NCBI RefSeq assembly: GCF_009914755.1
Contig: NC_060925.1
From: the human T2T-CHM13v2.0 reference genome, Homo sapiens
Strand: one strand, 5' to 3'
DNA length: 64,000 nt
Under the pieces are notes generated by a model that ran no database searches, was not told the origin of the DNA, and saw only the letters and a program-made list of their open reading frames with translations. This document shows, piece after piece, positions 25,071 to 39,094 of this stretch (position 1 is the first letter of the stretch; each line of letters opens with the position of its first letter). The position numbers and the translations under genes were made by a program.

Positions 25071-27997
25071 TTATATCCGCCCTTTCCCTACAGTGTAATT
25101 TGCTATCAGATGATCTATTTATTTTTATAGCACTTTTCTTATCCTAATTATGTTGTTTTCTAGTTGTTCATTTAACATGTATTTATTGATCACTTTCCAT
25201 GTTCTAGGCACTGTGCTGGATTTTGGGTGTAGAGTGATAAGAACAGATGGGGACTCTGCTCTTAGAGATTTTACGTTGAGAGCCTACAGTAGGAAGACAG
25301 ATCATAGAGTGTGTCAGGGTGGTGGCTGAGTCAGCTGCCCACCCCTGCCTCCACATGTATTTGGATCGAATTTGGCACTTTCTGTCATTACTCAGAAGGC
25401 AGGAGTGGGGCCTGGGGAGGCCTTTGATTGTGAGGCACTTCAAGGCCACTGTTCAGAACACTTGGTTACTTCATCACAGCCCATACCAAGCATATAAAAA
25501 AGGTCTCTTTATTCTAAGAATATCTTTGAGTGAGAAAGGAGCTTCAGATATCAGTGGGCTGAGAGGTGATGCTTCAGAGGCTCGACTCTTTCCTCTGCAC
25601 TTAGAACCATGTGTAGCGGAAAAGAGCTGCATGTGCCTAATTTGCAACTTGAAACACAATTGGACTTTCTCTATGTATTTGTTTATCATATGTCTGTTAA
25701 ATTATAGCTACCCAAACATGCTCTTGAGTCCCCAGTGCTGAGTAAAAACTTAGAACAGAATAGATACTCATCAAATATTGATCAAATGAGTGGATGAATG
25801 AGCCATACATTTCCTTAAACAAAACTTAACACACCGGCAGGTAGATAGTATTGACTCAATTGTCTCCCCTACCAGATCATGAACTAGTCGGGAACACGAG
25901 TCACGTCATGATGTTTTTTGTGGTCCTGGCACATTGATGGGGTCAGTCAAGGCTTGCTGAATGAATGAATGAATGAATTAATCAAAAGGAATAAATATGA
26001 GTACACGCATAGTAAACCCAGCTTCTGAAAGGTGTTTTGATGAAAAAGTAAAGCAACATTTCTCAGAGTGCTTTGGAAGTCTCTCCTAGATTTAGGCCAC
26101 TTTTCCTCTGTGTTTTTGGTGTCTAGGACAATTAATTTTGTTCAGTCCATTGCACCCTGCCTTGAATTCAGATGCCTGGGTGATTTTTCTAAAACTTTGG
26201 CTGTTTATCTTGTGAGGCTGGTTCTTCCATTAATATACCCCATCTGTTCTGCTCTCCAAATAATGTCTTCGTGAGAATTCTTAAAGTTGGCCTCTAGAAT
26301 CCTTAGTTTTCAGATGATTTTTCCATTTACAATAATGACCATTCTGTCTAATTTTTATTCTTAATATTTTCTGATGGACTTTCCAAATGCATCCATGCTT
26401 TTGATTTTCAAAGAGAGCAAATGGGAAATCGACTAATAAAAATCTGTAATGTAACGGTTTTAATAAGTCAATCTGTCCTTTGCTGTCATAGAACCAAGCT
26501 TCCATTTCACTGTTCAAGAACTCATCAGATGAAATGACCTCCTTGTCAAGAAAAATTACTCCATATGGTAATGTAATCACAAAGGAGAAACATTATTTCC
26601 CTATATATTATTCCCCGCAGAAATTGCAGTAAGAAAGCCATCATATTAAAAATATCTAGGATGCTGAGGTTCCTGTTTGCCAGCCTGATGGAGTTCATTT
26701 TCTTTATAGGAGAGGCAAACTCAGTTCTCATTGGCAGCATTTTATTTTAAAGGTTCATTAGGCAATTGTACATTACACTGGAACACCTGTGGAAGTGCAG
26801 ATTATATCTACATGAATGTAAATGCATTTGTTATGACTCACGCTATTACAGTCAATAACAGATGTCTTTTTAAGAACAGGCACTTAAAAAGAAGTGTGTA
26901 TCGATGCATCCACCTATCTTCCTTAAGATGCTAGTGGCAGCACTGTGTGTTTTTTTAATTTAGAAAGTTAGTATAAGGAGAGATTAAAGCATCTCTCCTC
27001 TATTAAGCATCACCTTCCCTAAAAAGTGCAGTGCTAGTCAGAAAAATGTATATGTTTAAATAGCATCTTACTTAATGAATCCTTTTCATGAACCACATTT
27101 ACTGCACAAGGAAATATTTTTCTTCATCTTAGTAGGGCCATAGAGACAATTCATCCAAGGTTGAGTTGAGCTGGGAACCCTCCTGTCTTATGAATTATTC
27201 AGCAATTTCCCTCTGTTGAATACAGGTTGGTTCCCCATTGTTGGTGAGGATCAGAGAGGAGGTAGAGAGATCCTTACCTGTGCAGGAAGAGAGCTTAGTC
27301 TACAGGGAATTCATTCTTTGTTCTTGTTTTTTCAACTGAGTTCTTTTGTTCTAGATATTATCCGTCTGATGCCACTGGTGAGGTATCACAGGTACATTGG
27401 AAAGAACATGAAATTTGAAATAAAACTCAGTTCTGTGACTTCAGTGGTTTTTCTTGTGACATAATTTAAATCCCCTATGACTCAGTTTCTCATATGTAAA
27501 ATGAGGATAATTTTACTTATTGCATAGGATTGTTTTGAGCTTTCAGTGGAGTAATGTAGGACTTCTGGTTCTGCTGAAATAGCTTAGATAGACTAAGCCT
27601 TCCTTCTGTCTGAGATCAATTGTAAAATCAGATAAGATATGTCAAAGAGTGGGGGAAATAAAGCTCCCTGAAGACAAAGAGAAACCAAATGAACAAGAAC
27701 TTGAGAGGCCAAATTTTGGAGAGAAGAAAATCTTATTCATGTCAACTCCACTTTTTCTTCTGGTTTCTCTTTGCAGGGTATTGCTGATTCACAGGAAGGA
27801 AAAATAGAAGTTGAGTAAAAACAGGCGGCCTGGAACTTATAACAATGTTGCTAACATGGGGAGACAGAGGTTAGAATTTGTTGATGCCTAGACAGTTGAG
27901 AGTTGAAGGGCCAATGTTCTAGAAAGGAGGAAACTACAGAAAAATGACCTCAGGATTCTATGTACAATTTCACCTTGATGCAATTGTCGGATTCTCT

Positions 27998-28385
<388 letters not shown>

Positions 28386-28978
28386 CTAAAGAGCTAAGCA
28401 AAGATTTTGGCAGTTAGCTAGAGCCTATGTAGTTTTCATCTTCACCATGTCTGGCATTTAAGAAATTACCACACATCCTAGGAAATAGGACCTGAAAATC
28501 ACAAGAAGAAAGATCTATAGTGATCCCAATATTGAAATTTTCAGACACAGACTTTAAAATAACTATGGTTCACTTATTCAAGAAAATAAAAGAAGATAAA
28601 TAATTACATTAAAAAAGCAGAATATATAGGTAGATGGATATAGAGATAAATATATATATATATATATAAACTATATGAAAATGCTATACCTTAAAAATAA
28701 AGGTAAGTTAATTCAACAGAGAGGTTTAAAAGTAGATTAGACACAGTAAATATGACTATTAGTAAACTGGAAGATAGGTGAGTAGAAAATATCCAGATGA
28801 AAGTGTAGAGAGAAAAAGATAAATTTTAGAAAAATCAGAATTTTTTTTTTAAAAGTGAAGTGGGAAAATGTTGAAAAGAGCTTAAGAGACAGGTAAGATG
28901 TGTTGAAGAAGTCAAACATATGTGTAGATAGAATCCCAGAAGAGAGTATGTAATTAATGGAGCAGAAGCAAAATTTGA

Positions 28979-29283
<305 letters not shown>

Positions 29284-29802
29284 TTACTGACTGAAAAAAT
29301 TTTTATGCTCATTGAAAGCATCAAGCCCCAAATTCAAGAAACTACAAACCTCAGGGGGAAACCCGTCCCCCAAAGCTAAAAGAAAACTTAAAAAGCAAAA
29401 CAAAACCTCCATCACATACAAAAAGGAAACCTCAAGACATCAAAAATTAAAAAGGTGTTTTAGCTTGAAAGAAGCAACAATAAAACCAATAGCTAATTTC
29501 TCAACAAAATGATGAAAACCAGGTGACAATAGAATGACATCTTTAAGTCAGTGAAAGAAAATAAATGTCAACACATAATCCTTCATCCTGCAAAAAATAC
29601 TTCAAAATATTAAGATAAAGATATTTTCAGAAAACAAAAACTGGACTGCACTAAAAGGAATATTTAGGTCAAAAGGAAAGGACTTCTAGATGGAAGCATG
29701 GTTATCCAGGAAGGATTAGAAAGAATATATGCAATGGTAAATGTAATTTAAATCTGTCAACTGAAACAATAATAGTAATACCGTGTAGAACTTAAAATAT
29801 GC

Positions 29803-30185
<383 letters not shown>

Positions 30186-30879
30186 TTAGACGGTTCTGAC
30201 ATTGTCCAAGAAGTGTCAATGTCCTAATTTAGGTAGATTTTTAATAAACCAAGCAAGCATGTTGTAATCTCTAGGTTAACTGCTAAGACAATAATGCAAT
30301 AATATACACATGAGAATCTAATGGAAGGAGAAAAGTGAAATAATAAAAAATACTTTAGTAATTCAAAAGAAGGCAAGAAAGCATAATAAAAATTGAACAA
30401 TAAACAGAAAACAGTGAAGAAGTAGTTTTCATTTCAATACATTAAGAATTACACTAAGTATAAATATACTAGTCAAATTAACAGCAAATATTTCCAGACT
30501 AGATTTTTAAAACATATAACTATATGCTGCTGACAAGAAATACACCTTAAATATAAACATATTTAAAAAGCTAAAAGTAAAATGGTAGAAAAAGATATAC
30601 CACGAAAATACTAACCAACAGAAAATGGTATAGTAATATCAAGGTAGACTTTAAGATAAAAAGTATTACTGAATATGAAGAGAAAATTTCATAAGAGTAA
30701 AAGGGTCTTTTCAGTAGGAACATATAGCAAATATAAATTTGCATGTGCTTACTAATATAGCCCCAAATATATAAAGCAAAAGCAGGCATAACTAAAAGGA
30801 GAAGTAGATACATGAACAATCAGGGCTAGAGATTTTAAGATACTTCTCTCTGTAATCGATACACCAAGCAGACAAAATT

Positions 30880-31240
30880 CTGGCTTGGGATCTCTGATGT
30901 GGTTGTAGTCAGACAGCAGTTGGAGCTTGGCTCACCTTGAAGCCTTCTTCACTTCCATGTCTGCGGCCTGGGCTGAGATGACTCAAATGATTGGCGGTTG
31001 GAGTAGCTGGGCTCACTGGCATCTTTCTGTCTATGTTGTCTTTCTGGATGGTCTGTCTAGCATGGCAGACTCTGGGCAGTCAGACTTTATGTATAGCAGT
31101 GAAAGGCTCCTAGAACGAGTGTTCCAGAACCTGGGGGAAGCTGTATAACATTTTATGAGTCAGCTCATGCATTTTTGACAAAGGTGACATTATCCCTTAA
31201 GGGGCAAAAGTTGGTTCTTGGAGAGGTATAAAAAATTACT

Positions 31241-31292
<52 letters not shown>

Positions 31293-31722
31293 GTATATAT
31301 AAACACAGATTATATATAGTACAAGTAATACATATGTGGAATTAAACTATCATGGAAGTGGTTAAATGATAAGAAAAAGGCCTAAGAAGACTGTATGGAG
31401 GTGATCACAATTTTTAAAAAGTTAAAATTATTAATTTAAAATATTAAATTATAATGCTTAATGATTAGAATTATTAAATTATAATTTAGTAATATAAATT
31501 ATATTTAAACATGATTTAAATATACATTTAATATTTATATTTTAAATATTAACATATTGATATTTTAATATTACAGTGAGCTGGCCTTAGAAGTTCCATG
31601 ATGTCATTTTAGCTATTGGTCAAAGCAGTCATAACCCTGCCCAGATTCAATGAGGGGAATACTAGACCTGCCTCTCAATGGGATGCGTGTCAAAGATTCT
31701 GCCGCCATATTTAAATCCACCA
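30880..31722 (-). mobile_element. Old MLT1 LTR split by a hAT-Charlie element
   Basis: cttccatgtctgcggcctgggctgagatgactc..ttttatgag | gccttagaagtt..ctattggtcaaagcagtca..ccagattcaa. Confidence 0.6.
31170..31575 (+). mobile_element. hAT-Charlie MITE (Charlie4/MER80-like) with (TA)n at 31244-31300 and an AT-rich expansion
   Basis: ggtgacattatcccttaaggggcaaaagttggttcttgg..aaaaattactct..aaacacagat. Confidence 0.55.
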
Positions 31723-32423
31723 GAGTGAACATTCTATAGATTCCTGCAATTACAGAGCTCTGTCAAGGTACAAAGTTTTACTAAGCAGACCATGCAAAAA
31801 CCATGAGAAAAGGAAATCTGGTAAGAGGCAGAGTGAACTTGAACCTGTGACAAAGCAAGAGGTCTTGTTTATGGGCTCATGTGAGAACTTTCACCTCCAG
31901 CGTATGAATGAAAGAGAGGTCAGGGAAGCTAAGAGTTCTCTTCTGGCTCTCGTTCAGCAGGGGGCCCCTGTGGAAGCATGTGATGACTGTGGATGCTTTT
32001 ACAGACCCTAGAAGATGCTGTGATATGTTGTGGTTGTGACTGTGTAGTGATGATTGCTGACCTGAATGCCCTAGTCTTAAACATTAGAGGGTGGGACTTT
32101 CTCATTGCACAAACCAGAAGACTGACCTGGTCGGGGAAAGCCACTTGGCCGAAGTCACACACAGAGATGGGGGGCTGTCCTCTTGGTTTGCTAAGTTCCC
32201 ACTTCAATGTTGATTCCCACCCCTCAGAGAATAATTAGAGGAATATTAGTAACTGATTTATTTCCATTGTTATTGGGCAAAGGTCCAGGGCCTAGAGGGA
32301 CTCCAGTCCGGCCAGGGCCTGAATCCAGGCAGGGAAGGGCATCCTGGGCTCTGCTCAGGCGGATCATGGACGTGTTTTCCCTTCTCAGCAAGAGTAGGCT
32401 GCCTCACAGTGCCCACCTCAAGG

Positions 32424-33909
32424 TGTGTCCGGAATTGGTGGGTTCTTGGTCTCACTGACTTCAAGAATGAAGCCGTGAACCCTCACGGTGAGTGTTACAG
32501 TTCTTAAGGGAGCGCGTCTGGAGTTTGTTCCTTCTGATGTTCGGATGTGTTCGGAGTTTCTTCCTTCTGGTGGGTTCGTGGTCTAGCTGGCTCAGGAGTG
32601 AAGCTGCCGACTTTCGCGGTGAGTGTTACAGCTCATAAAAGCAGTGTGGACCCAAAGAGTGAGCAGTAGGAAGATTTATTGCAAAGAGCGAAAGAACAAA
32701 GCTTCCACAGCATGGAAAGCGACCCGAGGTGGTTGCCACTGCTGGCTCGGGCAGCCTGCTTTTATTCTCTTATCTGGCCCCACCCACATCCTGCTGATTG
32801 GTAGAGCCGAGTGGTCTGTTTTGACAGGGCGCTGATTGGTGCGTTTACAATCCCTGAGCTAGACACAAAGGTTCTCCACCTCCCCATCAGATTAGTTAGA
32901 TACAGAGTATCAACACAAAGGTTCTCCAAGGCCCCACCAGAGCAGCTAGATACAGAGTGTCCACTGGTGCACTCACAAACCCTGAGCTAGACACAGGGTG
33001 CTGATTGGTGCTGATTATAAACCTTGAGCTAGATACAGAGTGCCCATTGGTGTATTTACAATCCCTGAGCTAGACATAAAAGTTCTCCAAGGCCCCACCA
33101 GAGCAGCTAGATACAGTCTCCATTGGTGTGCTCACAAACCCTGAGCTAGACACAGGGTGCTGATTGGTGGGTTTACAAACCTTGAGCTAGATACAGAGTG
33201 CCCATTGGTGTATTTACAATCCCTGAGCTAGACATAAAGGTTCTCCAAGGCCCCACCAGACTCAGGAGCCCAGCTGGCTTCACCCAGTGGATCTCGCACG
33301 GGGGCTGCAGGTGGAGCTGCCTGGCAGTCCCGCGCCCTGCGCCTGCACTCCTCAGCCCTTGGGTGGTCGATGGGACTGGGTGCCGTGGAGCAAGGGGTGG
33401 CGCTCGTGGAGGAGGCTCGGGGGCACAGGAGCCCACGGAGGGGTTGGGAGGCTCAGGCATGGCGGGCTGCAGGTCCCGAGCCCTGCCCCACGGGAAGGCA
33501 GCTAAGGCCCAGCGAGAAATCCAGCGCAGTGCCGGTGGGCTGGCACTGCTGGGGGACCCAGTACACTCTCCGCAGCCATTGGCCCGGGTGCTAAGTCCCT
33601 CATTGCCTGGAGCCAACAGGGCCGGCCGGCTGCTCTGAGTGCAGGGCCCGCCAAGCCCACGACCACCTGGAACTCTAGCTGGCCCGCAAGCACGGCACAC
33701 AGCCCTGGTTCCTGCTCGGGCCTCTCCCTCCACACCTCCCTGCAAGCTGAGGGAGTGGGCTCTGGCCTTGGCCAGCCCAGAAAGGGGCTCCCACAGCGAA
33801 GCGATGGGCTGAAGGGCTCCTCAAGTGCCGCCAAAGTGGGAGCCTACGCAGAGGAGGTGCCGAGAGCGAGCGAGGGCTGTGAGGACCGCCAGCACGCTGT
33901 CACCTCCCA
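32424..33909 (-). mobile_element. LTR12C (ERV9) solo LTR, 1486 bp
   Basis: Minus strand starts TGGGAGGTGACAGCGTGCTGG and ends CCACCAATTCCGGACACA; 4-bp TSD aagg (32420-32423 / 33910-33913). Confidence 0.96.
32760..33260 (-). promoter_or_regulatory. LTR12C U3 enhancer repeats (CCAAT/NF-Y, GATA-like) and TATA-like AATAAAA; promoter faces toward lower coordinates
   Basis: Repeated ctgattggtg / cattggtg and gagctaga(t/c)ac units; ttttatt at 32760-32766. Confidence 0.75.
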
Positions 33910-34067
33910 AAGGGAACCTCTTTTCCTTCTTTTGATATCTGAGGATGCTCATTGATTATCTCTCCATGCACTTACAAAACTAATGCCTTTTCATTTTTGT
34001 TTCGAAAGTTATACATGTTTATTTTTGAACCTCCTCTTTTCAAAACCTAAACTGGTGTGTGGGTTGA

Positions 34068-34491
<424 letters not shown>

Positions 34492-34944
34492 TATTTGGAT
34501 TATTAATCAGAAAGTCTTGGAAGCTTCTAGGAAACGGGCAATGGGCTGTTCTTTACTGGAATTGCCAACAGAAATGACAGTATTTCTCTCATATGTTGTG
34601 CATTGAAGTGTAAATTCAAACAACTCCCTAGAAAGCAACTTGAGCACAAATAAATTCATATTTTGACCTAATAATTCTAATTTTTTTGGAATCTCTTCTA
34701 AGAAAACAATGAGAGAGATGGATGAAGATGATAACCTTGTAAGGGTGGTCATCTCAGTGTTATTTATGGGAGGCAAAAAGTGGAAGCAGTCTAACATTTC
34801 AACAGTAGGGAGTTTGTGAAATAATTGTGATTTTATGTATGTTACTATATATAAGCATATATGGACATACTAGGTAGAGACTGAGTTTGTCTTATTTATA
34901 TGTTCAGTGATGAGCACAGAGCATGGCATATAAGTGTGCAATAT

Positions 34945-36350
34945 ATATTTTTTTGGTAAGAGGTTCACTGAGATTCACTTACCATATACATAATTCATGT
35001 GCCATACAATTCACCCACTTAAAGTATACAATTCAATAGTTTTTATTCTATAAGCAGATATGTGCAACTGTCACCACAATCAATTTTAGGATTTTTTTTT
35101 CAAATAGAATGAAGTTTATTGTGAATAAATATAATTTCTCTCATTTTGGGTATGGAAAAATAAACACTAAAAATAAAATTAACTATAGGATAGGAGAGAT
35201 GGAGTTTAGCAGCAGCATGTATAAAATTGGCTTGCTGTATTGGCCAGGATTCTCCAGAAAAACAGAACCAATAGGATATATCTCTGTCGATCTCAATGTC
35301 TTAATGTCTCTCTATCAATTTATATATCTATCTAGGGAAATTTTTTTTTTCAGCAGAATTTTTATTCCTTTTTATAAAGCTGAATTTTTTTTAAATTATT
35401 ATTATACTTTAAGTTTTAGGGTACATGTGCACAATGTGCAGGTTAGTTACATATGTATACATGTGCCATGCTGGTGCGCTGCCAACCCAAATGTCCAACA
35501 ATGATAGACTGGATTAAGAAAATGTGGCACATATACACCATGGAATACTATGCAGCCATAAAAAATGATGAGTTCATGTCCTTTGTAGGGACATGGATGA
35601 AATTGGAAATCATCATTCTCAGTAAACTATCGCAAGAACAAAAAACCAAACACCGCATATTCTCACTCATAGGTGGGAATTGAACAATGAGAACACATGG
35701 ACACAGGAAGGGGAACATCACACTCTGGGGACTGTTGTGGGGTGGGGGGAGGGGGGAGGGATAGCATTGGGAGATATACCTAATGCTAGATGACGAATTT
35801 TAGGATATTTTTATCATCCCTCCAAAAAAAAAACCCTGTACCTGTTAACAGTCACTGCCCATTTTCCTTCAACTGTCAAACCCTAGGCAGCCACAAATCT
35901 ACCTTTCATTTCTATTGATTTGTGTATTCTGGACATTTTCTATAAATGGAATTATACAGTGTGTGGTCCTTTGTGACTAGCATCTTTCACTTAGCATAAT
36001 GCTTTCAAGGTTTACCTGTATTGTAGCATGAATAAGTACTTTATTCCTTTTAATTTCCAGATAATATTCCATTATACAGTATACCATATGTTGTTTATCC
36101 ATCCATCAGTTGATACATATTTGAGTTGTTTCTACTTTTGGCTATTACGAATAGTGCTATAACAAGTTTTTGTGTGGGCATAAGTTTTCATTTCTCTTGA
36201 AATACATATTTAGCAGTGAAGTTCCTGGGTCATATGGTAACTCTGTTTAAAACTTTCAGAAACTATCAAACTGTTTTCCAAAGTGACTTTACCATTTTAC
36301 ATTTCCAACAGCAGTGTATGAGAGTTCCAATTTTTCCATATCCTTGCCAA
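34945..36350 (-). mobile_element. L1MB-like 3' end, split by the L1PA2 insertion
   Basis: ccatacaattcacccacttaaagtatacaattc..tgtgcaactgtcaccacaat | ..tctggacatttt..ataaatggaattatacag..tttcacttagcataatg. Confidence 0.85.
35093..35796 (-). mobile_element. Twin-primed (5'-inverted) L1PA2-like insertion with 3' transduced flanks
   Basis: Minus-strand L1 3' end at 35385-35482 joined to plus-strand L1 at 35483-35796; non-L1 DNA at 35101-35384 with T tracts; TSD aattttaggat at 35082-35092 and 35796-35806. Confidence 0.9.
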
Positions 36351-36784
36351 AACATAAATATTTGCTGAATAAATGAAAGGATGTCAAAATTTGATCACGA
36401 CATAAGATGATAAAACTGTAAATATGATTGTATTTTTTCTTTTACAAATTTGCATTAGGAACAAATCTTGTAGGAAATTTAATATGTTGTTTATTTTTGG
36501 TTTGATGAGATTGGGGTAATTAAAATGTTTGTTATAATTTTCACATTCCTTAACTTGCTGCAGTGAACAAGTGTTGCTTATATAATAAGAAAAAATATTT
36601 ACAAAATGTTGTTCTGTAAAAGTTTACATCAGAGAGAAGGAAAAATTATCTCCAAATTAATTTTTATAGGTCCTAGTTAGAGTTAGAGACCTTTCTTGCA
36701 TTGAGACTTGGAAATGGATAAAATACATTAATTTGACTTTGCCTATTTTTGGCTAAATGTAAAGATTAAATGACTTGGTTGGGG

Positions 36785-37250
36785 GTATACATCAGTAAGA
36801 GTTCTTGGTTGCAAACAATAGAAACCAACTCCAGTTAACTTAAAAGGAAAAGGAATGTATTGGAAGGATATTGATTGGTTTGCAGAAGGCTAGAGATCCA
36901 GGCTTTCAAAAATGAGCAGAAGCCAAGGAAGGATGGGTAGAGCCAGTATCTCTATAGAGGAAGGAGAAACCAGCCACCGGGGCCCTCGTGTCTAGACAGC
37001 AGTGCCAGGACATTGGGGTTGTCCTCATTTAGACTCATGCTGCTCTGTCCTGGACCTGAAGATCTGCTACAGCCTTGTGAGTTCATGTCCTTCTGGTTCC
37101 TTCCTCAACCTTGAGAGCATTCAGTTGCCTGAGTGTAGGTTACATACCTATCCACAACTGCTAGAAGCCAGGAGATAAATTCTTCCCCCTAATGCTGTGG
37201 AAGAAAGAAAGTGTCTTCCATTGTAAGGTATGCCCCTGCCTTTTACCTGT
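36785..37250 (-). mobile_element. Old MLT1 (K/L-like) LTR
   Basis: gttcttggttgcaaacaatagaaaccaactccagttaacttaaaaggaaaaggaatgtattggaagg. Confidence 0.65.
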
Positions 37251-37320
37251 TGTGGGATTTATCTGACAGAAGGGTTCCTGGGTGCTCAGCAGGCAGAATT
37301 TTATGACAGGAGAGACTTTT

Positions 37321-37620
37321 TTGTTGTTGTTTTTTGGTTAATTTTTTTTTTAACTTTAAGTTCTGGGATACATGCACAGAACGTGCAGGTTTGTTACATA
37401 GGTATACATGTGCCATGGTGGTTTGCTGCACCTATCAACCTGTCATCTAGGTTTTAAGCCCCGCATGCATCAGGTATTTGTCCTAATGCTCTCCCTCCTC
37501 TTGCCCCCCTACCCCTCAACAGAACCCAGTGTGTGATGTTCCCCTCCCTGTGTCCATGTATTCTTATTGTTCAACTCCTACTTATGAGTGACAACATGTG
37601 GTGTTTGGTTTTCTGTTCTG
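37321..37620 (-). mobile_element. 5'-truncated L1PA8/10-like 3' end
   Basis: tttaagttctgggatacatg..gctgcacctatcaacctgtcatctaggttttaagcccc; TSD caggag(a/g)gactttt at 37307-37320 and 37621-37634. Confidence 0.92.
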
Positions 37621-37669
37621 CAGGAGGGACTTTTGTACCTTGTAATCTAGATTGCAATGTCATAGTCAT

Positions 37670-38370
37670 AAGCTTAGTCAATTTCATGCTGCTATAACAT
37701 AATACCACAGAATGGGTAATTTATAGTGAACAAATTTTTTTCTACAGTTCTGGGGGCTGGGAAGTCCAAGATCAAGGTGTTGGCATCTGGGGAGGGCCTG
37801 CTTATTGTGTCATCATATGGCACAAGACATCACATTGTGGAAGGGCAAAGAGAGGGAGAGAAAGAGAGAGAGAGAGGAACTCATCCTTTAATAATGAACC
37901 CACTACTGTGATAACAGCTCTTAAAAATCCCATTTCTTAATAGTGTTACAATGTCAATTAAATTTCAACATGAATTTTGGAAGCATCTTAGTCTATTTTG
38001 TGTTGCTATAACAATACCTGAGCCTGGGTAATTTACAAAGAACAGAGATTAATTTTTTTACAGTACTGGAGGCCAGTCAGTTCAAAATTGAGGGGTTGGC
38101 ATCTGTTGAGAACCTTTGTGCTGTGTCATCCCATGGTAGAAGGCAGAAGGGCAAGAAAGGATGAGAAGGAAAAACAGAAAACTCACAATTTCAAGCACTT
38201 TTATAATTGACATTGATCCATACAGGAAGGTGGAAACCTGCTGATCTAAACACCTTCTATTGTACTCCACCTTCAAACACTGTTGCACTGGGGATTAGGT
38301 GTCCAAAACATGCTTTTGGGGGGACACAGGCAAACCATAACAGAAGGAGACAAATATTGAAGTCATAGCA
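37670..38370 (-). mobile_element. MaLR LTR (MSTD/MLT1A-like) with a second MST LTR nested at about 37984-38342
   Basis: Two cttagtc..gctataaca starts; outer element resumes gaaggagacaaatattgaagtcatagca. Confidence 0.8.
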
Positions 38371-38489
38371 CAAGCATTTGGAGAATAAAATAAATTATTA
38401 TTTCTTGAATAGGTGAGAAAGACCAGACTACCAAATCATTCATATTTAAGCAGTAAATAGTAGAAATAAAAATGCCTATTTCTGCTATA

Positions 38490-38905
38490 TAGTCGGGGTA
38501 AATAATGTTAGCTGCTGTAACACACAACTGGAAAGTCTTGGTGGTTTAACACTGTAAAATTTTATATCTTGTCCAAGTTATTGTCCAAATAGGTATTCAA
38601 CAGGCAATTTTCCAAGAGACCTAGTAGGGTTCTTTTACTTATGATTTCATCCATCTCAAGGCAATTTTTCTAGGACCTCCCTTGTCTGGCAGTTAACAAG
38701 AAAAGACAGCGCATGGGGTGTCATCTAGGAGATTTCAGGGCTCAAGTCCAAAAGTGGTGAACATTATTTCTCCCTACATTCTACCAGCTAGAACTCAACC
38801 ATAGGGTCTCATTTAATCACAAGAGAGACTGGGAAATACAGTCCAGCTATGTGAGTAGGAAGACATGGGAATGGGCTTGGTGAGCATGTAACAAGTCTCT
38901 AACAA
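38490..38905 (-). mobile_element. Old MLT1 (J-like) LTR
   Basis: aatgttagctgctgtaacac..ggtggtttaacac..gctagaactc..gactgggaaatacagtc. Confidence 0.6.
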
Positions 38906-39094
38906 AATCCTTTGTTAATAAAGAAAAACAAAAGTAGCTATTGTCAAAATTCACTACAGCAATTCTTAATATGTTTTGGGGTCACTAATCCCTTTGAGAA
39001 TGTGTTAAACTCTTTACCCTAAAAAATACACTTGTGAAAACATTTTGCAGACAATCTCAGGAATTCAGGCTACTCCTGATCTGAGGATCCCTTG

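Noticed and set aside
32780-33260. Regularly spaced repeats that superficially resemble a CRISPR array
   Set aside because: These are the known LTR12 enhancer repeats; the intervening units are themselves repeated and there are no cas genes.
33173-33834. Long ORFs (110-190 aa) on both strands
   Set aside because: They lie entirely in the GC-rich U3 of LTR12C, where stop-poor frames are expected; not genes.
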